From NCBI GenBank assembly GCA_017440585.1, contig JAFSGW010000008.1, forward strand, positions 3,976-67,975: 64,000 bases of DNA. The letters run 5' to 3'. Both the position numbers and the translations under genes were made by a program. The notes beneath the pieces were generated by a model. It worked only from the letters and a program-made list of their open reading frames with translations. It made no database searches and was not told the DNA's origin. The DNA comes from Clostridia bacterium. GTDB lineage: Bacteria > Bacillota > Clostridia > UMGS1883. This document shows positions 7,012-15,480 of this stretch, piece by piece. Within the stretch, counting starts at the first letter, position 1. Each line of letters starts with the position of its first letter.

Positions 7012-9636
7012 ATGAAAAAATTTGTATCAATGGCAGTGATTATTTGTATGATGCTTAGTTTGTGTTTAGTGCCTATGGCATCAGGAGTACAGACATTTTG
7101 GGATGTGCCTGAAAGCCATTGGGCATATTCCCATGTAATGAACATGGTTGAAAGAGGTGTTGTATCAGGCTACCCTGACGGAGGATTCCATCCTGATGCA
7201 TACTTAACACGTGCAGAAGCGGCTACAATGATTGCAAAAATTGGAGGAAGTCAGAATTCTATATATTCAGGATTTTATGCTGATGTAACACAGAACGATT
7301 GGTTTTGTAATTATGTTGAAGGTGTAAAGCAGTATTTTAACAGCTATACCGAAAGCAATGGAACGGTAAATTTCCGACCTAATGATTACGCCACAAGAGA
7401 AGATGTAATTGTTGCATTGATGAAGCGAAATTCGAGCCAAGAGCTTTATGAGGTAAAAAGTCCTACAACAGCAATGACATATACAGATTTTGCGAATGTA
7501 AGAAAAGAAAATCAGCCATATTTTGAAGAGGCAATAAACCAAGGAATAGTAACAGGTTATGCAGACGGAACTGTTCGTCCTCACGGTAACTTGACACGTG
7601 CAGAGATGGTTACACTGTTATCTAAAATTTATGGAGTTCCATTGACTCCCGAAGAAATGCTTGCGTCAGGGCAGATGTCATATACTTTTGGGTGTACTTT
7701 AGAGGAATTTATTGAAAGATACAATAATGCCGTAAGTGCAAATTATGACATTCTTTTACAAGAGGATAGTTCTCCAACAAAAGAGGCAGATTTACTTATT
7801 GAAAAAGCCACAAAACCGTCAGATATGTATGAGGGCTGGTACAATTTTATTAACTTCAGTAAAGCTATTGAGTCATTTGACTTTGGTAGCATAAATAATT
7901 GTCAGGGGTATTTCCTTGGTAACGATTCATGGGGAGGGCTTCACTTCTTTGTAATTTGTAAGAACAACAGAGTTGTGTGGATTTCAAGAGAAGGATGGAA
8001 AGCAGAAAATAAATTTAAAACAGCATGTATGATTATTGCTTCCATGGGCACTAGCTATGAGGACGCTTGTAATATCATAAAAATGAAAAAAGAAAATCCC
8101 TACTTTACACGTGTAGGTAATGCTTGTATTGATGTTAGCAACAGCAGTTTTACATTGGCTGATATCAACGAAATTCAAAAAGTACAGTTTGGACTTGCTG
8201 TAGCAAAGCAAGGTGAAGAATTAGGAGCACTTGACATTACTATTGATAAACTCATTGAAAAGTATAATGCTAATATTAAGCAATGTTTTAAATACATAAC
8301 GGTAGATACTAATCAAAAATGGTCAGAGGACTACATGATTAATCCTAATGGTCTTGTAAGAGAAGAACTTCATAAGTACGATGGAAAATTGGTTGAAGTA
8401 AACAGATATTTTGCAGGAACTTTTGTGGCATATACTGACAAACAAAACCGTGTAATAGAAATAATTCCGCATACAGAATACGCCATGGGTAGCATACATG
8501 TTAATGATGACCCTAAGGTAATAGACATTTCAAATGCCGTACATATTTCGATGATTATGGCTTTAGAAAATATATCATTTTCCGAAGCAAAAGTTTATTA
8601 CGAGAAAATGCAGTCGGGAAGAATTACAAAGAGCAGTACTGTTAATTATGACTCGGAAGGATTTAAATCCATATTGGAACCAAAAGCACAACCAGGGACA
8701 ACTACAATTTCCGAAGAAAAAGAATATACACTTCGTAAACTGACAGATACATATGTATACAAGTCGTCTGTAACTCCCAATGGATATTATATGTTAAAAG
8801 TGTCAGGTATGACTGAATTCAAAGATGATATTTATTTCATCTATTACGAAAATCGTTATGATGATGGATTATACGTTTGCAAATTAGATGTTGAAAGTGG
8901 AAAAACAAGTAAGTTTTTTGACCCTTCTAATCTTGAATATGAGGGAGAATATCAAGGTGAAGACGTGGAATTTATGGATTTCTGTGCAACACAGGTGTTT
9001 TATGACAGAGAAAACGATAAGCTCCTTATGGCTGGAAGTTTCCGAGAAGCGGAAGATGAAGACGGAGAAAGAATAAATGTCCAGAACAACACTTTTGTAT
9101 ATGATATAACAAGCGGAAAAGCAAAATTCTGCTGTGAATTCATTGGAGGAAAGCATTATATTTACGGAGTGAAAGACAATTGTGTTATCCTTAGTGGTGG
9201 AGAAAGCATTCAATTGAAAAATGGATATTGGGTGGATATGGACACACAAAAAGTTACCAAGAGTTACTCGGGAGAACATATGATGGAGCATAATGGTGTA
9301 ACATACAGAATGAATTATAATTGTGTTCAGCGTAAATATGATGATAACGATAAGTTTTATGACCTTGTAAATATAATTGCCTTTAACGGAGATGATTATG
9401 AGGACAACTATATTGCTATCGGTGACGGATGTTATTATATTTACGATGCAGAGGGCAGCATTAATGGTTCAATATATAAATACTATGTCGAAGATGAAGA
9501 GGGGATAGAACTTATAACGAATAGTCCCGTAAAAGAGCTCGATGATGTGGATAAAACATTTTTTGCTATCAATGAAAATTGTTTTGTTTTCTACGACCAT
9601 GACACACAAGCATTTTATGCTTTAGAAGCAAATTAA
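7012..9636 (+). CDS. secreted SLH-domain cell-surface protein (signal peptide, 3 SLH repeats, large uncharacterised C-terminal region)
   Basis: N-terminal signal peptide, then three SLH motifs of the form FxDV...HWA...GYPDGxFxP...LTRAE, then ~650 aa without recognised domains. Confidence 0.8.
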   Translation: MKKFVSMAVIICMMLSLCLVPMASGVQTFWDVPESHWAYSHVMNMVERGVVSGYPDGGFHPDAYLTRAEAATMIAKIGGSQNSIYSGFYADVTQNDWFCNYVEGVKQYFNSYTESNGTVNFRPNDYATREDVIVALMKRNSSQELYEVKSPTTAMTYTDFANVRKENQPYFEEAINQGIVTGYADGTVRPHGNLTRAEMVTLLSKIYGVPLTPEEMLASGQMSYTFGCTLEEFIERYNNAVSANYDILLQEDSSPTKEADLLIEKATKPSDMYEGWYNFINFSKAIESFDFGSINNCQGYFLGNDSWGGLHFFVICKNNRVVWISREGWKAENKFKTACMIIASMGTSYEDACNIIKMKKENPYFTRVGNACIDVSNSSFTLADINEIQKVQFGLAVAKQGEELGALDITIDKLIEKYNANIKQCFKYITVDTNQKWSEDYMINPNGLVREELHKYDGKLVEVNRYFAGTFVAYTDKQNRVIEIIPHTEYAMGSIHVNDDPKVIDISNAVHISMIMALENISFSEAKVYYEKMQSGRITKSSTVNYDSEGFKSILEPKAQPGTTTISEEKEYTLRKLTDTYVYKSSVTPNGYYMLKVSGMTEFKDDIYFIYYENRYDDGLYVCKLDVESGKTSKFFDPSNLEYEGEYQGEDVEFMDFCATQVFYDRENDKLLMAGSFREAEDEDGERINVQNNTFVYDITSGKAKFCCEFIGGKHYIYGVKDNCVILSGGESIQLKNGYWVDMDTQKVTKSYSGEHMMEHNGVTYRMNYNCVQRKYDDNDKFYDLVNIIAFNGDDYEDNYIAIGDGCYYIYDAEGSINGSIYKYYVEDEEGIELITNSPVKELDDVDKTFFAINENCFVFYDHDTQAFYALEAN

Positions 9637-9660
9637 CGAAAGAAGAGGAGATAAAGAAAA

Positions 9661-10317
9661 ATGGCAAAGATGGATGAAATTTTAGGTAAAGCAAAAGACA
9701 TGGCAAGTGATGCTATGGAAAAAGCAAAAGAGTATGATTATAAAGGAAAAGCAGAAGAACTGAAAGAAAAGGCAGCAGAAACAGTTGAAAAAGCAAAGGC
9801 TTATGATTATGAGGCGAAGGCAAAAGAGATGTCTGAAACTGTTAAGAATTATGATTATAAGAGCGAAGCTGAAAACATTAGAAATGGTGGCATTAAATAT
9901 TTTTGGAATAAGCATAAGAAGTTAGCAATTATAGTATTAGTTGTATTAATAATTGGTGTTATTAAATTGTTTAGTGGTAATGGTAGTGATGCAATGTTCA
10001 TAAGAAATGATGATACGGCTGTGGACATTGCAATTGACCGTACATATAAAGCAGTAGGCGGAAAAGACCCTCAGTTTGTATCAGCTGACATTATAGAAAG
10101 AAACAAAAATAGTAACGGATATATAATTGAAGTTATATGGAAGGAAGACACAGCATATAGGTTTACAACTAACTTTGTCGTGTTTGTAGGCATCAAGGAT
10201 GATTCTGACAAAAATAACATTCAGTATAGCTACAACTATCTCTTTACACAAAGTGAAAATTATGAAAAAGAATTAGTCCCGAAATTAAAAGCTGAAGTAG
10301 ATTGGGATAATCAGTAA
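9661..10317 (+). CDS. membrane-anchored protein with three N-terminal (A/K)K-x-YDY(K/E) repeats
   Basis: Repeats KAKEYDYKGKAEE / KAKAYDYEAKAKE / VKNYDYKSEAEN, then a TM helix LAIIVLVVLIIGVI, then a ~110-aa extracellular domain. Good RBS AAGAGGAG. Confidence 0.6.
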   Translation: MAKMDEILGKAKDMASDAMEKAKEYDYKGKAEELKEKAAETVEKAKAYDYEAKAKEMSETVKNYDYKSEAENIRNGGIKYFWNKHKKLAIIVLVVLIIGVIKLFSGNGSDAMFIRNDDTAVDIAIDRTYKAVGGKDPQFVSADIIERNKNSNGYIIEVIWKEDTAYRFTTNFVVFVGIKDDSDKNNIQYSYNYLFTQSENYEKELVPKLKAEVDWDNQ

Positions 10318-10370
10318 AAGAGAATAAAATTAATATTTGAATAGCAATAATTGAAAAACACATAAAATAT

Positions 10371-10400
10371 TCCCCTGAATTGTTGGGAGTTCAGGGGGTG
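10371..10400 (+). terminator. hairpin terminator after the 218-aa gene
   Basis: CCCCTGAA TTGTTGGGAG TTCAGGGGG followed by a T-rich tail. Confidence 0.55.
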
Positions 10401-10614
10401 AGACTTTTGCTCAGAATTGTATTGGAAGATGATTCAATAGAAGTAGACGATATGATGGAACAAAAACTTATTGAAATTGCAAATCATATAAATGCGATTA
10501 TCGCTATTGTGTGCGAATATCCGCAATGTGACGAATGTGTTGTTCAGTTGAACGAATGCAGAAAAAAGATTAGAAAGTGTTTTAGATAAAACAAATTAAT
10601 AACTCCCACTAAGA

Positions 10615-10656
10615 GGCTGATATGGGTATAAATGATACCTGTATCAGTCTTTTTTA
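10615..10656 (+). terminator. hairpin plus T6, putative terminator
   Basis: CTGATA...TATCAG stem followed by TCTTTTTT. Confidence 0.45.
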
Positions 10657-10764
10657 ATGGCATTTAAGGAAAGTTTTTGCTTTTTGAGGAATTTAGGAGA
10701 ATAATTAAGTTTGGGAGCCGTTATGATAGTATTGTATCAATCTACTTTTAAGGAGTTATTAATT

Positions 10765-12483
10765 ATGGAAAACAAGAAAATTGCTGTCTATTCAAGAAAG
10801 TCAAAGTTTACTGGCAAAGGAGAAAGTATTGAAAATCAGATTGAATTATGTAAGGCTTATATAAAGCAGAAAAATCCAAGTATTACAGATGAAGATATTG
10901 TTGTGTATGAGGATGAAGGCTATTCGGGGAAGAACACTAACAGACCACAATTTCAGCAGATGATGAAGGATGCGAAAGGAAAAAAGCTGAAAGGAATAGT
11001 TTGTTACAGATTAGACCGTATAAGCAGAAGCGTAAGTGACTTTACACTGCTGATTACAGAGCTTGACGAATACGGAATGAGCTTTGACTCTATTAATGAA
11101 CAGTTTGATACATCCACATCAATGGGAAAAGCCATGATGTATATTTGCTCAATTTTTGCACAGTTGGAAAGGGAAACAATTGCAGAGAGAATAAGGGACA
11201 ATATGCATGAGCTTGCAAAAACGGGCAGATGGCTTGGCGGAAATACTCCCACAGGGTATGAGAGCGAAAAGATTGTAGAGAGAATAAACATAAACGGCAA
11301 AAAGATGGAGGCATTTAAACTTAAAACCATACCCGAAGAAGCGGAAATAATAAAATTGATTTATGGTAAGTTTATTGAATTTAACAGCCTTACAAAGACA
11401 GAGACGTTTTTCTTGCAGAACCATATTAAAACAAAGAACGGAAAAGACTTTACGAGATTTACCATAAGGACAATACTACAAAATCCCGTATATATGATTG
11501 CGGATGAAGATGCCTGGAAATACTTTGAGGATTTGGGAGTTGAAATATACTCGGAAAAAGAAAAGTTTGATGGTGTACATGGCTTAATTGGCTACAATAA
11601 AACCTTGCACAGAACAGGTAAAGCCAATATAGTAAAAAGCATTGACGAATGGATAATTGCAGTAGGCAAGCATAGGGGAATTATATCGGGTGCTGACTGG
11701 GTAAAGGCACAAAGACTTTTGGAGCAGAATGTGTCAAAGGCGTATAGAAAGCCAAGAAGTCATACAGCTTTACTATCGGGATTATTGGTATGTGGGCATT
11801 GTGGTGGCTTTATGCGACCGAAGGTATACAACAAGGATTTTGAGGGCGGAGAAAAAAGATTTGGCTATTTGTGCGAAACTAAGGAAAAGAGCAGAAGACA
11901 TAATTGTGATATGAAAAATCCCAACGGAAATACTTTAGATAGAGCTGTTTGTGAAGAAATAAAGAAGTTGTCCGAGCATGACAGCGAATTTATAACGCAG
12001 TTGGAAAACAGCAAGAAGAAAATTGTATCAAGTAGTGACGAGATAGACATGCAGATTGATGCTTTAGAAAAGAGTATTGGAGAAAAGCAGAAGCAAATTA
12101 ATAAACTTCTTGAAGCTATGGCAAAGGCTACAGGGGAGTTTTCTAATGATTATATAAATCAGTATATAGAAGAAATAGGCGGAGAAATTAAAAAAGCTGA
12201 ACAAAGACTAAAAGAGTTGAAGAGTATGACAAGAGAGCATGAGTTATCAGATAGTGAGTTTGATATATTGAAAGATATTTTAAAATCCTTTGCAAATACC
12301 TTTGAACATATGAGCATTGAGCAAAAGAGAGCTGCCATAAGAACATTTGTTAAAAAGATTGTTTGGGATGGGGAAAATGTGCATATGTATATGTATGGAA
12401 GTGACGAAAATTACAAGTTTGAGGTGGATTTTGACGGCGAAGAAAAAGGAGCCGTTGCGAGGGGGTTGAAAACGAGGTTTTAA
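10765..12483 (+). CDS. large serine recombinase (SpoIVCA-like, resolvase N-domain + recombinase domain + Zn-ribbon + coiled coil)
   Basis: IAVYSRKSK...GESIENQ places the catalytic Ser near the N-terminus. Further segments are GIVCYRLDRISRS and CGHCGGFMRP. Start is the internal ATG 10765 with RBS AAGGAG. The stop TAA shares a base with the ATG of the sigK 3' segment. Confidence 0.9.
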   Translation: MENKKIAVYSRKSKFTGKGESIENQIELCKAYIKQKNPSITDEDIVVYEDEGYSGKNTNRPQFQQMMKDAKGKKLKGIVCYRLDRISRSVSDFTLLITELDEYGMSFDSINEQFDTSTSMGKAMMYICSIFAQLERETIAERIRDNMHELAKTGRWLGGNTPTGYESEKIVERININGKKMEAFKLKTIPEEAEIIKLIYGKFIEFNSLTKTETFFLQNHIKTKNGKDFTRFTIRTILQNPVYMIADEDAWKYFEDLGVEIYSEKEKFDGVHGLIGYNKTLHRTGKANIVKSIDEWIIAVGKHRGIISGADWVKAQRLLEQNVSKAYRKPRSHTALLSGLLVCGHCGGFMRPKVYNKDFEGGEKRFGYLCETKEKSRRHNCDMKNPNGNTLDRAVCEEIKKLSEHDSEFITQLENSKKKIVSSSDEIDMQIDALEKSIGEKQKQINKLLEAMAKATGEFSNDYINQYIEEIGGEIKKAEQRLKELKSMTREHELSDSEFDILKDILKSFANTFEHMSIEQKRAAIRTFVKKIVWDGENVHMYMYGSDENYKFEVDFDGEEKGAVARGLKTRF

Positions 12484-12821
12484 TGTACTTAAGGCATGAG
12501 AAAAAGTTCAATTCCCAGATTTCCCTTTCGGAGCCTATAGGCTTTGACCAGGAGGGTAACGAAATAAGCCTGATGGATATTCTCATAGGAGACGGAGAAG
12601 ATGTATGCGAAAAGGTTGACAGAAGCGAAAAGCTTAAAAAGCTTTTTGAAAAGGTGAGGGCTATTAAGGATGCGAGGGAAAAGGAAATAATATACTTGCG
12701 TTACGGTTTGTCGGGTGGTGAGCCCATGACACAGAAGGAGGTTGCAAAAAAGATGGGAATAAGCCGCTCATATGTGTCAAGAATAGAAAAAAAGGCGATT
12801 TCTCACCTACGTGAAAGTTGA
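12483..12821 (+). CDS. sigK: 3' segment of interrupted sporulation sigma factor gene sigK (regions 3-4 only)
   Basis: EPIGFDQEGNEISLMDIL...GISRSYVSRIEKKAI is closest to B. subtilis SigK (PIGQDKEGNEISLIDVL...GISRSYVSRIEKRAL). Regions 1-2 are missing. In-frame homology (VENEVLM vs IENEILM) extends ~7 codons upstream of the ATG into the recombinase 3' end, so the true junction is near 12455-12465. Confidence 0.85.
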   Translation: MYLRHEKKFNSQISLSEPIGFDQEGNEISLMDILIGDGEDVCEKVDRSEKLKKLFEKVRAIKDAREKEIIYLRYGLSGGEPMTQKEVAKKMGISRSYVSRIEKKAISHLRES

Positions 12822-12873
12822 CATTTAATTTTTAAGAGAGTATAATTAACTGCAAATGACAAGGAGGATTACC

Positions 12874-13812
12874 ATGGAAGGTCTTTTGGTTATTATTGAA
12901 AAGATAGGCTACATCGGTATTATGATACTGATAGGCTTTTTATGTGAAAAAACAGGCTTTGTTAAAAACATTGCAAACTCGGTTTCGGGTATTATTAAAA
13001 ATATTACCTTGCCCTGCTTATTGCTTACCTCGCTTATAAGTAACACCCTTGATGCCTCTAAGGCAAAAAATGGTGCTCTGATTGTGGGAATGGGGTTATG
13101 TGCCATTGTGGTAATGATGCTTCTGGGAAACCTCTGGGGAAAGCTTTTAAAGCTGGACACAGGCAAAAGAGGCATACAGATTGCAATGGGAAGCTTTGGC
13201 AACGTTGCCTTTTTAGGCTACCCTCTCATACAGGCACTTTTGGGACCTGAGGGGCTTTTATATGCAGTTTTTTACAACCTCATAAACGATGGTCTTCTGT
13301 GGAGCTTTGGCTTAAGTGCCATAAGCGGTGAAAAGGGCATAAAGAAGCTTAAAAATATGCTTAACATATGCACTCTTTCCTTTGCGGTGGGGCTTGTGAT
13401 GCTTATTTTGGGGTTAAAGCTTCCTTCCATGCTGCAGGACTCACTTGCATCGGTTGGCAGTGCAACAACACCCCTTTCCATGCTCTTTATAGGTGCAACA
13501 ATGGCACGTGCGGATATTATAAGTGCACTTAAACGCCCTGCGGTTTATCTTTTGACCTTTACAAAGATGGTGTTTATGCCTCTTGTTATTATAGGTGTGC
13601 TTGCGGTATTTTTCAGAGGCGTTATGAACATAACTGCCATGATGACCCTTGTATTGCAGGTTGCAATGCCTGCACAGACAATGGTTGCAATACTTGCAAA
13701 GGAGTACGACCTGGACTCAAAGTACGCGGTGGAGGTTATATTCATAACAACGGTTTTTGCTCTTGTGAGTTTGCCGGTTATATATCAGTTTGCATTTAAC
13801 GTTCTGGGATAA
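12874..13812 (+). CDS. AEC-family (auxin efflux carrier/malate permease-like) transporter
   Basis: Polytopic membrane protein with the AEC pattern. Internal ATG 12874 is preceded by AAGGAGG. Confidence 0.75.
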   Translation: MEGLLVIIEKIGYIGIMILIGFLCEKTGFVKNIANSVSGIIKNITLPCLLLTSLISNTLDASKAKNGALIVGMGLCAIVVMMLLGNLWGKLLKLDTGKRGIQIAMGSFGNVAFLGYPLIQALLGPEGLLYAVFYNLINDGLLWSFGLSAISGEKGIKKLKNMLNICTLSFAVGLVMLILGLKLPSMLQDSLASVGSATTPLSMLFIGATMARADIISALKRPAVYLLTFTKMVFMPLVIIGVLAVFFRGVMNITAMMTLVLQVAMPAQTMVAILAKEYDLDSKYAVEVIFITTVFALVSLPVIYQFAFNVLG

Positions 13813-13823
13813 AGGAGAAAATT

Positions 13824-14276
13824 ATGAAATTATTACTTATAAACGGACCTAATATGAATATGCTGGGTATTCGTCAGCCCGAAATTTACGGGAAGGACAC
13901 CCTTGGGACAATTGAGGAGTTGACAGTCAACAAGGCAAAGGAGCTTGGCTGTGAGATGGACTGCTTTCAGTCAAACCACGAGGGTGCCATAATTGACAAA
14001 ATCCATGAGGCGTACGGAAAATATGACGGCATTGTGATTAACCCTGCGGCGTATACTCACTACAGCTACGCCATTGCAGATGCTTTGGGGGCAGTGGCTA
14101 TCCCTGCAATTGAAATTCACATGTCGGACATTCATTCCCGTGAAAGCTTTCGTGCAAATTCCGTTACCCTTCCTTACTGCATAGGTCAGGTGGCAGGCTA
14201 CGGAAAGGAAAGCTATGCAATGGGCGTGGAAAAACTGGTGGGACACTTAAAGCAATCAGCAATGAGTAATGAGTAA
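13824..14276 (+). CDS. aroQ: type II 3-dehydroquinate dehydratase
   Basis: LLINGPNMNMLGIRQPEIYG...QSNHEG...INPAAYTHYS...IEIHMSDIHSRE is a canonical AroQ sequence. Confidence 0.9.
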   Translation: MKLLLINGPNMNMLGIRQPEIYGKDTLGTIEELTVNKAKELGCEMDCFQSNHEGAIIDKIHEAYGKYDGIVINPAAYTHYSYAIADALGAVAIPAIEIHMSDIHSRESFRANSVTLPYCIGQVAGYGKESYAMGVEKLVGHLKQSAMSNE

Positions 14277-14292
14277 TGAGCAATTAAGGAAA

Positions 14293-14320
14293 GGATTTTG
14301 CAAGGGCAAAATCCTTTTTT
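14293..14320 (+). terminator. rho-independent terminator after aroQ
   Basis: GGATTTTGC AAGG GCAAAATCC followed by TTTTTT. Confidence 0.8.
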
Positions 14321-14349
14321 GTTGCATATAATAGACTGAGGTGCTGTAT

Positions 14350-15030
14350 ATGCGACTTGGAATTAGTTCTCCCTATGAAAAAAGAAGCCCCGTGAGGTTT
14401 TTGTGGTACATATTGTTTACGCTTACAGTAATTGCTGCAGTATTTATATGGATAAACATAAAGGTTGCCCCATTTGTTGTTTCGGTTACAAAGGGCTATG
14501 CGGAAAACGTGGCGTCAAACACTTTAAACACCATCGTTGACGAAACGCTGAAAAACGAAGAATACAGCTTTGTTGATGTGATAAGAGATGCAAACGACAG
14601 AGTTGTGGCGGTTACCATGAACAGTGCCGATACAAATATTTTTATGACTAAAATTGCCATTGGGCTGAAGGAGAGAATTGCAGAAATGAAGGAGGTTGAG
14701 GCAAAAATACCTCTTGGGAACTTTTTACCTTACCCTTTTCTTGCAGGACTTGGCCCCGAGGTGCCCGTGAAGTTCCTTATACTTGCAAACACGGCGGTAA
14801 GTGCAAAGGAGGATTTTGTGGCAAAGGGGATTAACCAGAGCCTTTATACGCTGTCTTTACATGTGGTTACGGACGTGGGAATTTACATACCTGCAATGCA
14901 CTCCTCCGTAACGGTTGAAAATGAGGTGCCCATTGCACAGACGGTGATTGTGGGAAGTGTTCCCGACAGCTATACAAACGTTGAAGGCATGGAAGGAAGC
15001 GTGCAGGATACGGTGCTTGATATAGAATAG
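14350..15030 (+). CDS. yunB: sporulation protein YunB
   Basis: N-terminal TM, then IPLGNFLPYPFLAGLGPEVPVKF and IYIPAMHSSVTVENEVPIAQTVIVGSVP, resembling the YunB family. ATG 14350 follows GAGGTG. Confidence 0.65.
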   Translation: MRLGISSPYEKRSPVRFLWYILFTLTVIAAVFIWINIKVAPFVVSVTKGYAENVASNTLNTIVDETLKNEEYSFVDVIRDANDRVVAVTMNSADTNIFMTKIAIGLKERIAEMKEVEAKIPLGNFLPYPFLAGLGPEVPVKFLILANTAVSAKEDFVAKGINQSLYTLSLHVVTDVGIYIPAMHSSVTVENEVPIAQTVIVGSVPDSYTNVEGMEGSVQDTVLDIE

Positions 15031-15083
15031 GTGAAAGAGGGCTAAAAAGTAACAAAAGTTAGTATTCAGGGCGAATAATACTC

Positions 15084-15112
15084 TTGACAGATGGAATTAA
15101 AAGTATTAAAAT
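15084..15112 (+). promoter_or_regulatory. putative promoter TTGACA-17-TAAAAT for ptsH
   Basis: Consensus -35 with a 17-nt spacer, ~45 nt upstream of ptsH. Confidence 0.5.
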
Positions 15113-15156
15113 ATGAGTAATAATAAATAATATTATACTTGTTAGGAGTAGGTACT

Positions 15157-15420
15157 ATGGTAGTAAAGCAGGTTGTTGTACAGAATCAGGTTGGTCTTCA
15201 TGCCCGTCCTGTTACATTTTTTATTCAGAAAGCAAACGAATTCAAGTCAAGTATATGGGTTGAAAAGGAAAACAAGAAGGTAAACGCAAAGAGCTTGCTG
15301 GGCGTTCTTTCCTTAGGCGTTGCAAGAGGTATGGAAATTACAATCAGCGCTGAAGGCGAGGATGAGCAGGCAGCTGTGGATGCACTTGAAGCTCTTATCG
15401 ATTCCAATTTTGAAGAATAA
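15157..15420 (+). CDS. ptsH: phosphocarrier protein HPr
   Basis: GLHARP holds His15 and KSLLGVLSLG holds Ser46. RBS TAGGAGTAGG. Confidence 0.9.
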   Translation: MVVKQVVVQNQVGLHARPVTFFIQKANEFKSSIWVEKENKKVNAKSLLGVLSLGVARGMEITISAEGEDEQAAVDALEALIDSNFEE

Positions 15421-15428
15421 TAAATTAA

Positions 15429-15463
15429 AGGCAGTTTTGCAATGGTAAAACTGCCTTATTAAT
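15429..15463 (+). terminator. rho-independent terminator after ptsH
   Basis: GGCAGTTTT-GCAATGGT-AAAACTGCC followed by a T-rich tail. Confidence 0.7.
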
Positions 15464-15480
15464 TAAAAAGGGGGATTAAC

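Noticed and set aside
10380-10589. 69-aa Cys-rich ORF (TTG start)
   Set aside because: The annotated start lies inside the terminator hairpin CCCCTGAATTGTTGGGAGTTCAGGGGG of the upstream gene, with no RBS. The internal ATG (~10452) also lacks an RBS. It is probably non-coding, or a very small peptide at best.
12483-12821. Calling the sigma fragment a pseudogene
   Set aside because: The fragment is intact and in frame, with homology continuing across the predicted junction. The adjacent large serine recombinase fits a developmentally rejoined split gene (spoIVCB/spoIIIC-like) rather than a decayed gene. This cannot be proven without the 5' half.
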